64,000 nt of DNA from Thermoanaerobaculia bacterium (GTDB lineage Bacteria > Acidobacteriota > Thermoanaerobaculia > Multivoradales > DATKCC01): positions 2,201 to 66,200 of the forward strand of contig JANRLG010000117.1 in the NCBI GenBank assembly GCA_033762835.1. Direction: 5' to 3'. The notes below the pieces were generated by a model, which was given only the letters and a program-made list of their open reading frames with translations, ran no database searches and was not told where the DNA came from. The translations under genes were made by a program, and so were the position numbers. Shown here one piece after another: positions 9,690 through 18,578 of this stretch. The stretch's first letter is position 1; each line of letters opens with the position of its first letter.

Positions 9690-11945
9690 TCACAGTTCGG
9701 AGTACCGGCGGCGCAGGCGCTGGCGCACGATCTCGGCGATGGTGTTGACCACGAAGGTCAGGGCGAAGAGCAGGAGGGCGGCCAGGAAGAGCGTGCGATA
9801 GAGCGTGCCGCCCTGGGGCGCCTCGGGGATCTCCACGGCGATGTTGGCCGACAGGGTGCGGAAGCCGTTGAACGGGTTCCAACTCATGATCGGAGTGTTG
9901 CCGGTCGCCATCAGCACGATCATGGTCTCACCGACGGCGCGGCCGAAGCCGATCATGATTGCCGAGAAGATGCCCGGGCTGGCGGTGGGCAGCACGACGC
10001 GCGTGACCGTCTGCCACCGGTTGGCGCCCAAGGCCAGAGAGCCCGAGACCAGGTTCCGGGGCACGTTCGAGAAGGCGTCCTCGGAGATCGCGAAGATGAT
10101 CGGGATCACCGCGAAACCCATCGCCAGGCCCACCACGATGGCGTTGCGCTGGTCGTAGGGCAGGCCGGTCGTATCGAGCAGCCAGTGGCGGTAGTCGCCG
10201 CCGAGGGCAAGCCGCTCGAAGCCCGGCGCCAAGGCGAAACACAACCCGACGCCGAGGGCCAGGGCGAGCACGTAGAGGCCGACCTCGGAGCCCGACAAGA
10301 AGCGGTTGCGCACCCCGAGCGGCAGCGCCCGCCAGAGGAGCCCGGTCAGCAACACCATCAGCGGCAGGACCAGCGCTGCCAAGAGCAAGGCCGGGAAGTG
10401 GCGTTCGACCAGGGGCGCCAGCCAGAGACCGGCGATGAAACCGAGGACCACCGAGGGCAAGGCCGCCATGATCTCGACCGTCGGCTTGACTACCCGCAGC
10501 AGGCGGGGATGCATGAACTGCGACGCGAACATCGCTCCCAGGACACCGAGCGGAATCGCCAGGATCAAGGAGAAGAAGGTGCCCTTGAGGGTACCCACGA
10601 GCAGCGGCGTCAACGACAGCTTGGGTTCGAAGTCGTCCGTGCCGCCGGTCGACTGCCAGGAGAACTCCGGCCCGTCGTAACCCTCGTACCAAACGCGGCC
10701 GAAGAGCGACTTCCAGGTCGTCTCCGGATGCGGATTGCGAATCGAGAGCACCCCGAGCCGGTTGTCGGCCGCCACCAGGGCACCGTCGTCCTTGGGAGTG
10801 AAGGCGATACGCTGGGTACCCGGCAAGGTCGACGTCCCCCGCCACATCGTGCGGTGGGCGGTCGAGTGGTACAAACCCAGGCCGCCGCCTTCGTCGAGCA
10901 CCAAGAAGCCCTTGTTGCGCTCCGAAGCCGCGATGCCGGTGACCGCGGCGGTGTGCCGCTCGAAGTCCCGCACCCGCGTCAGACGGATGCTCTCGTCCGG
11001 CTGGCGAACTTGCAGCCAGACCGAGAGTGCGCCGTTTTGTTGGCCCACGACCAAGGCGCGGTCGCCGATGAGCATCGACAGCGCGGTGACCGGCGACGGG
11101 TCCGCCTGGAGCATCTGGGGAGCCGCGCTGAGGCCGCCGTCGGCCAGCGACCACCACAACAGCTCGCCCGTCGCGGTTCCGGCATAAAGATTCCGCAGAT
11201 CGTGATCGACGACGAACTCGAGGATCGGGCGATCGACCGCCACTTCCTCGCGGGAGAACGATTCGGTGACCTCGCCGGTCATGGCATTGGTCCGGCCCTC
11301 GCGACGCACGACCACCACCCGGCGGTCCGCCAGCTGGGCGGCGAAGAGCACATTCGCCTCGTCCTGGTGCGCGGAGAAGGCGAGCAGCGGGCGGCGCTCA
11401 GGATCCATCTCGGCCACCACCACCGGCAGCGGCTCGGGGTGGACCGATCGCTCGGTCTTGTCGTTGAACTCGATGCGCCATTCGATCGAGGTCGTCGCCA
11501 GCCGGCCGTCGCCCGAGGCGACCACGAAGTGACTGCTTTCGGTGGGCAACGCCTTCGCGGCCAAGACTTTCGGCGGCAGGGCCACGGTCCCGTCGGGCAG
11601 CGGCGGGAGCGGCGGAAAGATCGGCACGCTCAGGCTCTCGTGGCCGTCCGCCAGGCGCACCGCGACGAGGCGACCGTCCTGGCCGACGACGGCGGCGTGA
11701 GTGCGGTACTCGTCACTGGCGATCGCCAGCGCCCCGACCGGCAACGTCGTTTCGCGCTCCGCCGTGACCGTGGCGGCGCGGGTCAGCGGCATCACCTCGA
11801 CGAGCAGGAAGATCAGGATACCGAGAATGCTCGCGATGATCGCCAGGCCCCCGGCCGAGACGAACAAGCGCGCCAAGCGATCGGTCACCAAGCGGCGCCG
11901 CGAGGTGCGGGAGGAGGCGGGTTTCGGGGCAGCGGCGGTGTGCAT
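9690..11945 (-). CDS. pstC: Phosphate ABC permease PstC with N-terminal beta-propeller-like domain (start ATG 11945; track extends to 11999)
   Basis: KPTVEIMAALPSVVLGF, SLALGANRWQT, RAVGETMIVLMATGNTP, EAPQGGTLYR. Confidence 0.9.
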   Translation of the reverse strand: MHTAAAPKPASSRTSRRRLVTDRLARLFVSAGGLAIIASILGILIFLLVEVMPLTRAATVTAERETTLPVGALAIASDEYRTHAAVVGQDGRLVAVRLADGHESLSVPIFPPLPPLPDGTVALPPKVLAAKALPTESSHFVVASGDGRLATTSIEWRIEFNDKTERSVHPEPLPVVVAEMDPERRPLLAFSAHQDEANVLFAAQLADRRVVVVRREGRTNAMTGEVTESFSREEVAVDRPILEFVVDHDLRNLYAGTATGELLWWSLADGGLSAAPQMLQADPSPVTALSMLIGDRALVVGQQNGALSVWLQVRQPDESIRLTRVRDFERHTAAVTGIAASERNKGFLVLDEGGGLGLYHSTAHRTMWRGTSTLPGTQRIAFTPKDDGALVAADNRLGVLSIRNPHPETTWKSLFGRVWYEGYDGPEFSWQSTGGTDDFEPKLSLTPLLVGTLKGTFFSLILAIPLGVLGAMFASQFMHPRLLRVVKPTVEIMAALPSVVLGFIAGLWLAPLVERHFPALLLAALVLPLMVLLTGLLWRALPLGVRNRFLSGSEVGLYVLALALGVGLCFALAPGFERLALGGDYRHWLLDTTGLPYDQRNAIVVGLAMGFAVIPIIFAISEDAFSNVPRNLVSGSLALGANRWQTVTRVVLPTASPGIFSAIMIGFGRAVGETMIVLMATGNTPIMSWNPFNGFRTLSANIAVEIPEAPQGGTLYRTLFLAALLLFALTFVVNTIAEIVRQRLRRRYSEL

Positions 11946-11989
11946 GGTCGCGGTGGTCGTCTCGCGCAAGGGCAGTAGTGACGGCAAGA

Positions 11990-12078
11990 GGGCGGCCACG
12001 GGGGGCCGCCCCTACGGATACTTCGTCAGCCAGCGGCGGCTCGGCTGCTGCTGTAGGGGCGGCCCCCCGTGGCCGCCC
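11990..12078. repeat. Second inverted doublet of the 26-nt GTAG-type REP
   Basis: 11990-12015 is the exact reverse complement of 12053-12078 (GTAGGGGCGGCCCCCCGTGGCCGCCC), identical to 4195-4220; 37-nt spacer; between pstS and pstC. Confidence 0.88.
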
Positions 12079-12099
12079 TCCGCGCCGGGTAACGGCTGA

Positions 12100-13071
12100 T
12101 CAGTTCAACTTCGCCAACTCCGCAGAGGCCACCGCGGCGGTGACGGGCAGGTACCCGTCCTTGACCACCACCTGCTGGCCTTCCTTGGCGAGAATGTACT
12201 TCACAAACTCGCGCACCATCGGGTCCAGCGGCTTGCCCGGGGCCTTGTTGATGTAGACGTAGAGGTAACGGGCCAGCGGGTAGCTGCCGTCGTAGATGTG
12301 AGCGACGTCGTCGGTCCCAAAAGCCGTACCGCCGTCCTTGAGCGACAGGGCCACCGCCTTGACACCCGAGGTCTTGTAGCCGATACCGCTGTAGCCGATG
12401 CCGAAGTCGTCCTCGGTGACACCCTGGACGACGGAGGCCGAACCCGGCTGCTCTTTCACGGTGTCCTTGTAGTCGCCCTTGAAGAGGGCGTTTTCTTTGA
12501 AGTAGCCGTAGGTGCCGGAGGCCGAATTACGACCATAAAGGCTGATCGGCCGGCTGGCGAAGTCACCGCCGAGGCCGAGATCGCCCCAGGTCTTCAGGTC
12601 CTTCTTCGCGCCGCCCTTCCGCGTCTTCGAGAAGATGGCGTCGACCTGGGCCATAGAGAGCTTTTCGAGCGGGTTGTCCTTGTTGACGTACACGGCCAGA
12701 GCGTCGACAGCGACCCGGATCGCGACCGGCTTGTAGCCGTACTTCTTCTCGAAGGCGTCGATTTCCTCGGCCTTCATTTCGCGACTCATGGGACCCATTT
12801 GGGCAGTGCCGGCGATGAGCGCGGGCGGAGCCGTCGACGACCCCTTGCCTTCGATTTGGATCTTGACGTTGGGATATTGCTGACGGAAACCCTCGGCCCA
12901 CAGGGTCATCAGGTTGTTGAGGGTGTCCGAGCCGATCGAGTTCAAGTTCCCCGAGACGCCGCTCGTGCGCTGATACCCCGGGATACCCGCATCGACCTGG
13001 ACGGTCTGGGCGGTCGCGGCAGAAGCGACGAGCAACGCGACGGCCGAAACCGAGAGCGCTATCCTGTTCAT
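12100..13071 (-). CDS. pstS: Phosphate-binding protein PstS
   Basis: Signal peptide [21 protein letters not shown]; [33 protein letters not shown]; start moved to ATG 13071 (RBS AAGGAGA). Confidence 0.95.
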   Translation of the reverse strand: MNRIALSVSAVALLVASAATAQTVQVDAGIPGYQRTSGVSGNLNSIGSDTLNNLMTLWAEGFRQQYPNVKIQIEGKGSSTAPPALIAGTAQMGPMSREMKAEEIDAFEKKYGYKPVAIRVAVDALAVYVNKDNPLEKLSMAQVDAIFSKTRKGGAKKDLKTWGDLGLGGDFASRPISLYGRNSASGTYGYFKENALFKGDYKDTVKEQPGSASVVQGVTEDDFGIGYSGIGYKTSGVKAVALSLKDGGTAFGTDDVAHIYDGSYPLARYLYVYINKAPGKPLDPMVREFVKYILAKEGQQVVVKDGYLPVTAAVASAELAKLN

Positions 13072-13165
13072 CGTTCGTGTTCTCCTTGGTCGGCGATACC
13101 GGCGGAGACCTCCACCGGCGGGGCACAATCTCGCAGGCGCCAAGGGCGAGGGAACGGCCGGACGG

Positions 13166-13183
13166 TGACAGCGGTGTGACAGG
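13166..13183 (-). promoter_or_regulatory. PHO box upstream of pstS
   Basis: Minus strand CTGTCAC-ACCG-CTGTCAC: direct repeat at 11-bp period matching PhoB consensus CTGTCAY-N4-CTGTCAY. Confidence 0.8.
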
Positions 13184-13240
13184 GCCGATGGACTTCGCCG
13201 CCTGCCACGGCTCCCACTCAGCGAGTAAACTCCCAGACGC

Positions 13241-14035
13241 ATGAAAGTCCTCGTCTTGTGCGGCGGCCAGGGCTCCCGGCTCGGGCCGGTGGCGGGTGAT
13301 CTGCCGAAGCCCATGGTACCGATCGGCGGCCGGCCGATCCTGTGGCACATCCTCTCGGGGTTTGCGCACTGGGGCTTCCGGGACTTCGGGTTGCTCCTCG
13401 GCTTTCGCTCCGATCTCGTCAAGCAATATTTCCTGAATCTGCCCGTCATGCTCGGCGACGTCACGATCGACTACGCGCGCGGCGGCGCACCCACGGTGGC
13501 GGAGGCGGCGCTGCCGGACTGGCGGATCACGCTGCTCGAAACCGGTCTCGACAATCAGACCGGCAACCGGGTGAAACAAGGCTCGCGCTGTCTCGACGCC
13601 ACCGACGACCTGTTCGCCGTAACCTACGGGGACGGTGTGACGGACCTCGACTTCCGGCGTGTCGTCGCATTTCACCGCGCCCACGGCAAGCTCGCCACCG
13701 TCACCGCCGTGCATCCGCCGGGGCGTTTCGGCGAGCTCGGCCTGGGCGACGACGGGCTCGTCCGCGAGTTCAACGAGAAGCCCCAGGCGGCGACCGGCTG
13801 GATCAGCGGGGGCTATTTCGTTTTCTCCCGAGCGGGCCGGGCCCGCTTTTCGGACGACCCCGCCTTGGTCCTCGAGGAGGAGCCGCTGCGCGGCCTGGCC
13901 CGCGACGGCGAGCTCGTGGCCTACCGTCACGAGGGTTTCTGGTATTGCGTTGACACCCCGCGCGACTATCAAGCCCTGAACTCGATGTGGGCCGGCGGCC
14001 GAGCGCCGTGGGCAGTCTGGCGGGAGGGGCGGTGA
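13241..14035 (+). CDS. rfbF: Glucose-1-phosphate cytidylyltransferase
   Basis: [41 protein letters not shown]. Confidence 0.9.
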   Translation: MKVLVLCGGQGSRLGPVAGDLPKPMVPIGGRPILWHILSGFAHWGFRDFGLLLGFRSDLVKQYFLNLPVMLGDVTIDYARGGAPTVAEAALPDWRITLLETGLDNQTGNRVKQGSRCLDATDDLFAVTYGDGVTDLDFRRVVAFHRAHGKLATVTAVHPPGRFGELGLGDDGLVREFNEKPQAATGWISGGYFVFSRAGRARFSDDPALVLEEEPLRGLARDGELVAYRHEGFWYCVDTPRDYQALNSMWAGGRAPWAVWREGR

Positions 14036-15120
14036 ACCGGCTGGACGCACTCGCGGCGGTCTACCGCGGCCGCCGCGTCCTGGTGACCGGCCATACCGGC
14101 TTCAAAGGCGGCTGGCTCGCCACTTGGCTCACCGAGTGGGGCGCCCACGTTCACGGCTACGCCCTGGCGCCGTCCACCGAGCCGAATCTGTTCACCGTCG
14201 CGGGCCTCGAGGGACGCCTCCACTCGACTCTCGGCGACGTGCGCGACCTCGACGCCTTCCGCGCGGCCTGGCGGACGGCCCGGCCCGAGATCGTCTTCCA
14301 CCTCGCGGCCCAGCCGATCGTCCGCGAGAGCTATCGCGACCCGCTGACCACCGTGGGCACCAACGTACTCGGCGTCACCCACGCTTTGGAACTGGCGCGC
14401 GAGGAGGACGCTCCGGTGGCCGTGGTGGTCGTCACCAGCGACAAGTGTTACGAGAACGTCGAGTGGACCTGGGGCTACCGCGAAATCGACCGCCTCGGCG
14501 GGCACGATCTCTACAGCGCCAGCAAGGCCGCCGCCGAGCTCGTGGCGGATGCCTACCGCCGGAGCTTCTTCGCTACCCCTGGGGCGCCCCGCTTGGCCAC
14601 CGCGCGGGCCGGCAACGTCATCGGCGGCGGCGACTGGACAGCCGACCGCTTGGTGCCGGACGCCGTGCGCGCCCTGGCCGCGGGCGCGCCGGTGCGCGTC
14701 CGCCGAGGCAGCGCCACGCGCCCCTGGCAACACGTGCTCGAACCGCTCTCGGGGTATCTCCAGCTCGGCGCCCGGTTGCTCGTGGCCACCGAGGCCGAGC
14801 GCGGCCAACTCGACTCGGCCTGGAACTTCGGCCCCCGGGCCGGTGCCAGCCGCACCGTCACCGAGGTCGTCCAGGGCCTAGTCGCAGCCTGGGGTACGGG
14901 TCACTACGAGCTCGACCCCGAGCCCAGCGGCCCCCACGAAGCCGGCCTGCTGGCTTTGTCGATCGACAAGGCCGTCAACCGGCTGGGCTGGTCGCCGCGG
15001 TGGGACTTCGCGACCACCCTCGAGAAGACCGCCGCGTGGTACCAGGCCTGTTATCGCAGAGACGACATGGCGGCCTGGACCCGACGGCAGATCCGGGAGT
15101 ACTGGGAGGACTCGCCGTGA
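14032..15120 (+). CDS. rfbG: CDP-glucose 4,6-dehydratase
   Basis: VTGHTGFKGGWL, HLAAQPIVRESY, TSDKCYEN, YSASKA, RAGNVIGGGDW, RPWQHVLEPLSGY; GTGA overlap start. Confidence 0.94.
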   Translation: MNRLDALAAVYRGRRVLVTGHTGFKGGWLATWLTEWGAHVHGYALAPSTEPNLFTVAGLEGRLHSTLGDVRDLDAFRAAWRTARPEIVFHLAAQPIVRESYRDPLTTVGTNVLGVTHALELAREEDAPVAVVVVTSDKCYENVEWTWGYREIDRLGGHDLYSASKAAAELVADAYRRSFFATPGAPRLATARAGNVIGGGDWTADRLVPDAVRALAAGAPVRVRRGSATRPWQHVLEPLSGYLQLGARLLVATEAERGQLDSAWNFGPRAGASRTVTEVVQGLVAAWGTGHYELDPEPSGPHEAGLLALSIDKAVNRLGWSPRWDFATTLEKTAAWYQACYRRDDMAAWTRRQIREYWEDSP

Positions 15121-15554
15121 GCGCCCTGCCGGCCGGCGTCGAAGTACGGGAGCTCGCCGTGTTGGCCGACGAGCGGGGCGCGGTCCGTCACTTTCTGCGC
15201 GCCGATGCGCCCCACTTTCGGGGCTTCGGCGAGGTCTACTTCTCCACCGTGCTGCCCGGTTGCGTCAAAGCGTGGCGGCGGCATCGCCGAGCCACGGCCA
15301 ATTTCGCCGTCCCCGTGGGCCGCGTCCGCTTGGCCCTCTGGGACGAAGCGACCGCCACCCTCGGCACGCTCGAGCTCGGAGCCGACGCCTATCGGCTGGT
15401 CACCGTCCCGCCGGGCCTGTGGACCGGCTTCCTGGGACTGTCCGCCGAGCCGGCGCTGATCGCCAACTGCGTCTCGCTGCCCCACGATCCGGCGGAGTCG
15501 GATCGCCGCGCCCCCGACGATCCGGCCATGCCCCATGTCTGGTCCCCTGCCTGA
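15117..15554 (+). CDS. RmlC-like NDP-4-keto-6-deoxyhexose (3,5-)epimerase (cupin)
   Basis: ADERG, FGEVYFS, VKAWRRH, VPPGLWTGF; GTGA overlap with rfbG. Confidence 0.85.
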   Translation: MSALPAGVEVRELAVLADERGAVRHFLRADAPHFRGFGEVYFSTVLPGCVKAWRRHRRATANFAVPVGRVRLALWDEATATLGTLELGADAYRLVTVPPGLWTGFLGLSAEPALIANCVSLPHDPAESDRRAPDDPAMPHVWSPA

Positions 15555-16512
15555 GCGCTCCCTCGCGGGCGCCCGCGTGCTCGTCACCGGGGCCAGCGGC
15601 TTCCTCGGCGGCGCCCTGTGCCGCGCCCTGGTGCGGGCCGAGGCGGAAGTCCACGCCTTGTCGCGCTCGCCCCAGAGCGGCGGACAAGCCGAGAACGAAC
15701 GTCCCCGAATCACCTGGCACCGCGGCGACCTGACCGATCCGCCGAGCCTCGCCCGCGCCGTCGCCGACGCCCGACCGACCGTGGTCTTCCACCTCGCGGC
15801 CTACGGCACCACCTATGGCGAACGAGACCGAGAGCGCGCCGTGGCGGTCAACGTCCAGGGTTCCCTGGCCCTGTGGCACGCCCTCGAAAACCATGAGGCC
15901 CGTCTGGTCGTCGCCGGCAGTTGCGGCGAGTACGGCGACGTCCGCGGCCTCGTTCGGGAAGACCACGCCTGCGCTCCCACGTGGTTCTACCCCGCCACCA
16001 AGAACGCCATGGTCACTTTGTTGACGACCCTCGGTCGCGAAACCGGCCGCGAGGTCGTGGTCCTGCGCCCCTTCGGCCCCTATGGCCCGGGGGACGTGTC
16101 GGACCGCGTGATCCCGGCGGTCGTCGCGCGGCTGCTGGCCGGTGATCCGGTGGACACCACGGCCGGAAAGCAGCGGCGCGACTTTCTCCATGTCGACGAC
16201 CACGTCCGTGGTTTCCTGCTCGCTGCCACCGTGGCCCTGCCGAGCACCGGGCGGATCTACAACCTCGGCAGCGGCCAGCCCCGGACTCTTCGGCAGGTCC
16301 TCGAACTCGCCGCCCAAGCGGTGGGGGACGGCGCTCTCGAGCGCGTGCGTTTTGGGGCCTTGCCCTACCGCGCGACCGAGGTCTGGGAGATGTGTGCCGA
16401 CATTTCCGCGGCCCGAACCGAACTCGGCTTCGAGCCCCGCATCGACCTCGCCGCGGGCCTCGCCGATACGGTCGCCTGGCATCGCCGGAGAATCGAGGGC
16501 CTACGACCGTGA
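15535..16512 (+). CDS. NAD-dependent epimerase/dehydratase/reductase (extended SDR)
   Basis: GASGFLG, FHLAA, YPATK (YxxxK), RPFGPYGPG, RDFLHVDD. Confidence 0.88.
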   Translation: MSGPLPERSLAGARVLVTGASGFLGGALCRALVRAEAEVHALSRSPQSGGQAENERPRITWHRGDLTDPPSLARAVADARPTVVFHLAAYGTTYGERDRERAVAVNVQGSLALWHALENHEARLVVAGSCGEYGDVRGLVREDHACAPTWFYPATKNAMVTLLTTLGRETGREVVVLRPFGPYGPGDVSDRVIPAVVARLLAGDPVDTTAGKQRRDFLHVDDHVRGFLLAATVALPSTGRIYNLGSGQPRTLRQVLELAAQAVGDGALERVRFGALPYRATEVWEMCADISAARTELGFEPRIDLAAGLADTVAWHRRRIEGLRP

Positions 16513-17474
16513 GCCGCCGCAAGCCACCCGTGACCGTCGTCGTGACGGTCTACAACCGCGCGCCGTACCTCGCCTCCTCGCTTGCCAGCGTGCTCGCGAG
16601 CCGCTTCGAGGATTTCGAGTTGCTGGTACTCGACAACTGCTCGACGGACGGCTCCTGGGAGATCGCCCAGGACTTCGCCCGCCGGGACCGGCGGGTCCGG
16701 GTGGTCCAAAACGAGCGCAATCTCGGGCAGTTCGGCAATCGCAACCGCGTGCTCGACCTGGTGGAAACCCGGCTCTTCAAGTTCCACGACTCGGACGACC
16801 TGCTCTACCCCCACGGCCTCGAGACGCTCTACCGCTGCTTGGAGCAGGCCCCGACGGCGGATCTCGTATTGTCCGGCGGTTGGGCCTGGGAAGGTGGCCC
16901 GTGCCCGATGGTGCTGTCCCCCCGGGAGGCGTACCGCCGCGAGTACCTCGGTCGCGGCTTGTTCTACTGCGGCCCCGCGAGTGCCTTGTTCAAGACCGAG
17001 AGCTTCCGGTTCGTCGGCGGCTTCGAAGACCACGGCGCCGCCAGCGACTATCTCTTCTGGCTGCGAGTCTGCCGCACGCTGACCGTGGCGCTGGCTCCGG
17101 CGGATTTGTTCTGGTATCGCATCCACCCGAATCAGGAGTACGCGAGCCCTGCCGCGGCCGAAAGTTACGCCCGCGCCCAAGCCGAAGGTTGGAAGGCCCT
17201 GTTCGTGCCGGACTGCCCGCTGCAGGGCGAAGACAAGGAGCAGGCCCGCCGCAACCAGGCCTTCGGACTGGCCAAACACACCTGGCGGGACCTCAAGGCC
17301 GGACGTTTCAGTCTCGCCCGCCTGCGCCTCGCCGAGGCCCGGTTCGGCTGGCGCGACGCCTGGACCTACCTACGGCGTCAGAAGCGGGACGCCTTCGCCG
17401 GCACCCCTCGGGACGCCGACGGCGAGTTCCTGCTACCCCCGTGGTTCAAGCCGGAAGGCCCAGAAGCTCCCTGA
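16509..17474 (+). CDS. GT2 family glycosyltransferase
   Basis: VVTVYNRAPYL, LDNCSTDGS, NLGQFGNRN, HDSDD; GTGA overlap start at 16509. Confidence 0.88.
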   Translation: MSRRKPPVTVVVTVYNRAPYLASSLASVLASRFEDFELLVLDNCSTDGSWEIAQDFARRDRRVRVVQNERNLGQFGNRNRVLDLVETRLFKFHDSDDLLYPHGLETLYRCLEQAPTADLVLSGGWAWEGGPCPMVLSPREAYRREYLGRGLFYCGPASALFKTESFRFVGGFEDHGAASDYLFWLRVCRTLTVALAPADLFWYRIHPNQEYASPAAAESYARAQAEGWKALFVPDCPLQGEDKEQARRNQAFGLAKHTWRDLKAGRFSLARLRLAEARFGWRDAWTYLRRQKRDAFAGTPRDADGEFLLPPWFKPEGPEAP

Positions 17475-18492
17475 TCCGAGAGCGCAGCGGCTCCGCGATC
17501 CGTTCGAGTCCGCGCTGGACTTGGCGCACGCGTCGCTGCTGGCGAGCGAGAGCGTCGCCCGCGAGCAAGAGAGCGCCGGGGCGATCCTCCACCAGGACCT
17601 CGAACAGCTGTGCGGCCTGGCGCAGGTCTTTGGCGGCCTTGGCTTGGAAAGCGACCGAACGCTCACCGGCCGTCCACAATTTGTGGACCGCGAAACGCGC
17701 GGGTTCGGGGACGCGCACCAGCACCCCCGAGCCTCTCAGAACGACGGCTGGAATGGCCTCGGCCACCAGATAGTCGAGGAACGGTAGGGGCGTCGCGGCC
17801 ACACCGAGCCGGGGAATCGGCACCGGCGCCGTCGCCGTACTCGGCCGCGCGGGCGTCAAGAAGTCCACCCGCAGATCGCGTCCGCGAACCCGAAACGACG
17901 TGCTCGGCAACCGGTGATCGAGCTCTGGCACCGGCAGGAACCCCGGATCTGCTCGCCTCAGGGCGGCCAGGGCGTCCGTGGGCTCGACCGGAACGACGAC
18001 GCGGAGATCACGATCCCAAGCGATGTCGATGTCCTCCGTCCGCAAGTTGGCCGCTTCCCACTTCACGCCGAGGACGTTGCCCATCACCTGGAATGCATGG
18101 GTTCCGACGACCACGCCGCCGTACCGAAAGACCCCGGCATCCGCCAGGTAGTCGAGCACCCGGCCGGAGGCGCCATCCGGGGTGACGGCTCCGCCGGCCG
18201 CGAGCATGGCCACCAGGCGGGCCCGGTGCTCGCGATCGGGCGCGGCAAGCTCACGCTGCTCCTGCCAACGTTCGGCGCGAGCGCGCAGGCCCTCGTCTGC
18301 CGGCCCGAGATAACGCTGCTCGCGAAACGGACCGAAACTCCTTTGGAAATAGAGGTAGGGCCGGCCCGCGATCACCTTCTCGACGATCGCGCCGGCGACA
18401 GGTGTCGGCTCGCCGGCCTCCGCATGGAGGAGCTGGTCGAGCAACTCGGCACCCAGAGTTTGGAGCGACTCCGGAAGGCGGATCACGGACAT
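17446..18492 (-). CDS. GSU2403-like nucleotidyltransferase-fold protein
   Basis: VVVGTHAF, RTEDIDIA, VDFLTP, LPFLDYL, VPEPARFAVHKL, KAAKDLRQA; N-terminal YLYFQ...YLGP; start ATG 18492. Confidence 0.75.
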   Translation of the reverse strand: MSVIRLPESLQTLGAELLDQLLHAEAGEPTPVAGAIVEKVIAGRPYLYFQRSFGPFREQRYLGPADEGLRARAERWQEQRELAAPDREHRARLVAMLAAGGAVTPDGASGRVLDYLADAGVFRYGGVVVGTHAFQVMGNVLGVKWEAANLRTEDIDIAWDRDLRVVVPVEPTDALAALRRADPGFLPVPELDHRLPSTSFRVRGRDLRVDFLTPARPSTATAPVPIPRLGVAATPLPFLDYLVAEAIPAVVLRGSGVLVRVPEPARFAVHKLWTAGERSVAFQAKAAKDLRQAAQLFEVLVEDRPGALLLAGDALARQQRRVRQVQRGLERIAEPLRSRIRELLGLPA

Positions 18493-18502
18493 GACGCCGA
18501 AA

Positions 18503-18534
18503 TTATACGCACGATCGGACAACTGTGCGTATAA
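18503..18534. promoter_or_regulatory. Perfect 10-bp inverted repeat overlapping the TATAAT -10 of the nucleotidyltransferase gene
   Basis: TTATACGCAC-N12-GTGCGTATAA; minus-strand TATAAT at 18507-18502, 9 nt before the ATG. Confidence 0.7.
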
Positions 18535-18578
18535 ACCTCCATCGCCGCCGCTCCCGCCAAAGCGTTACCATTCCGGCC

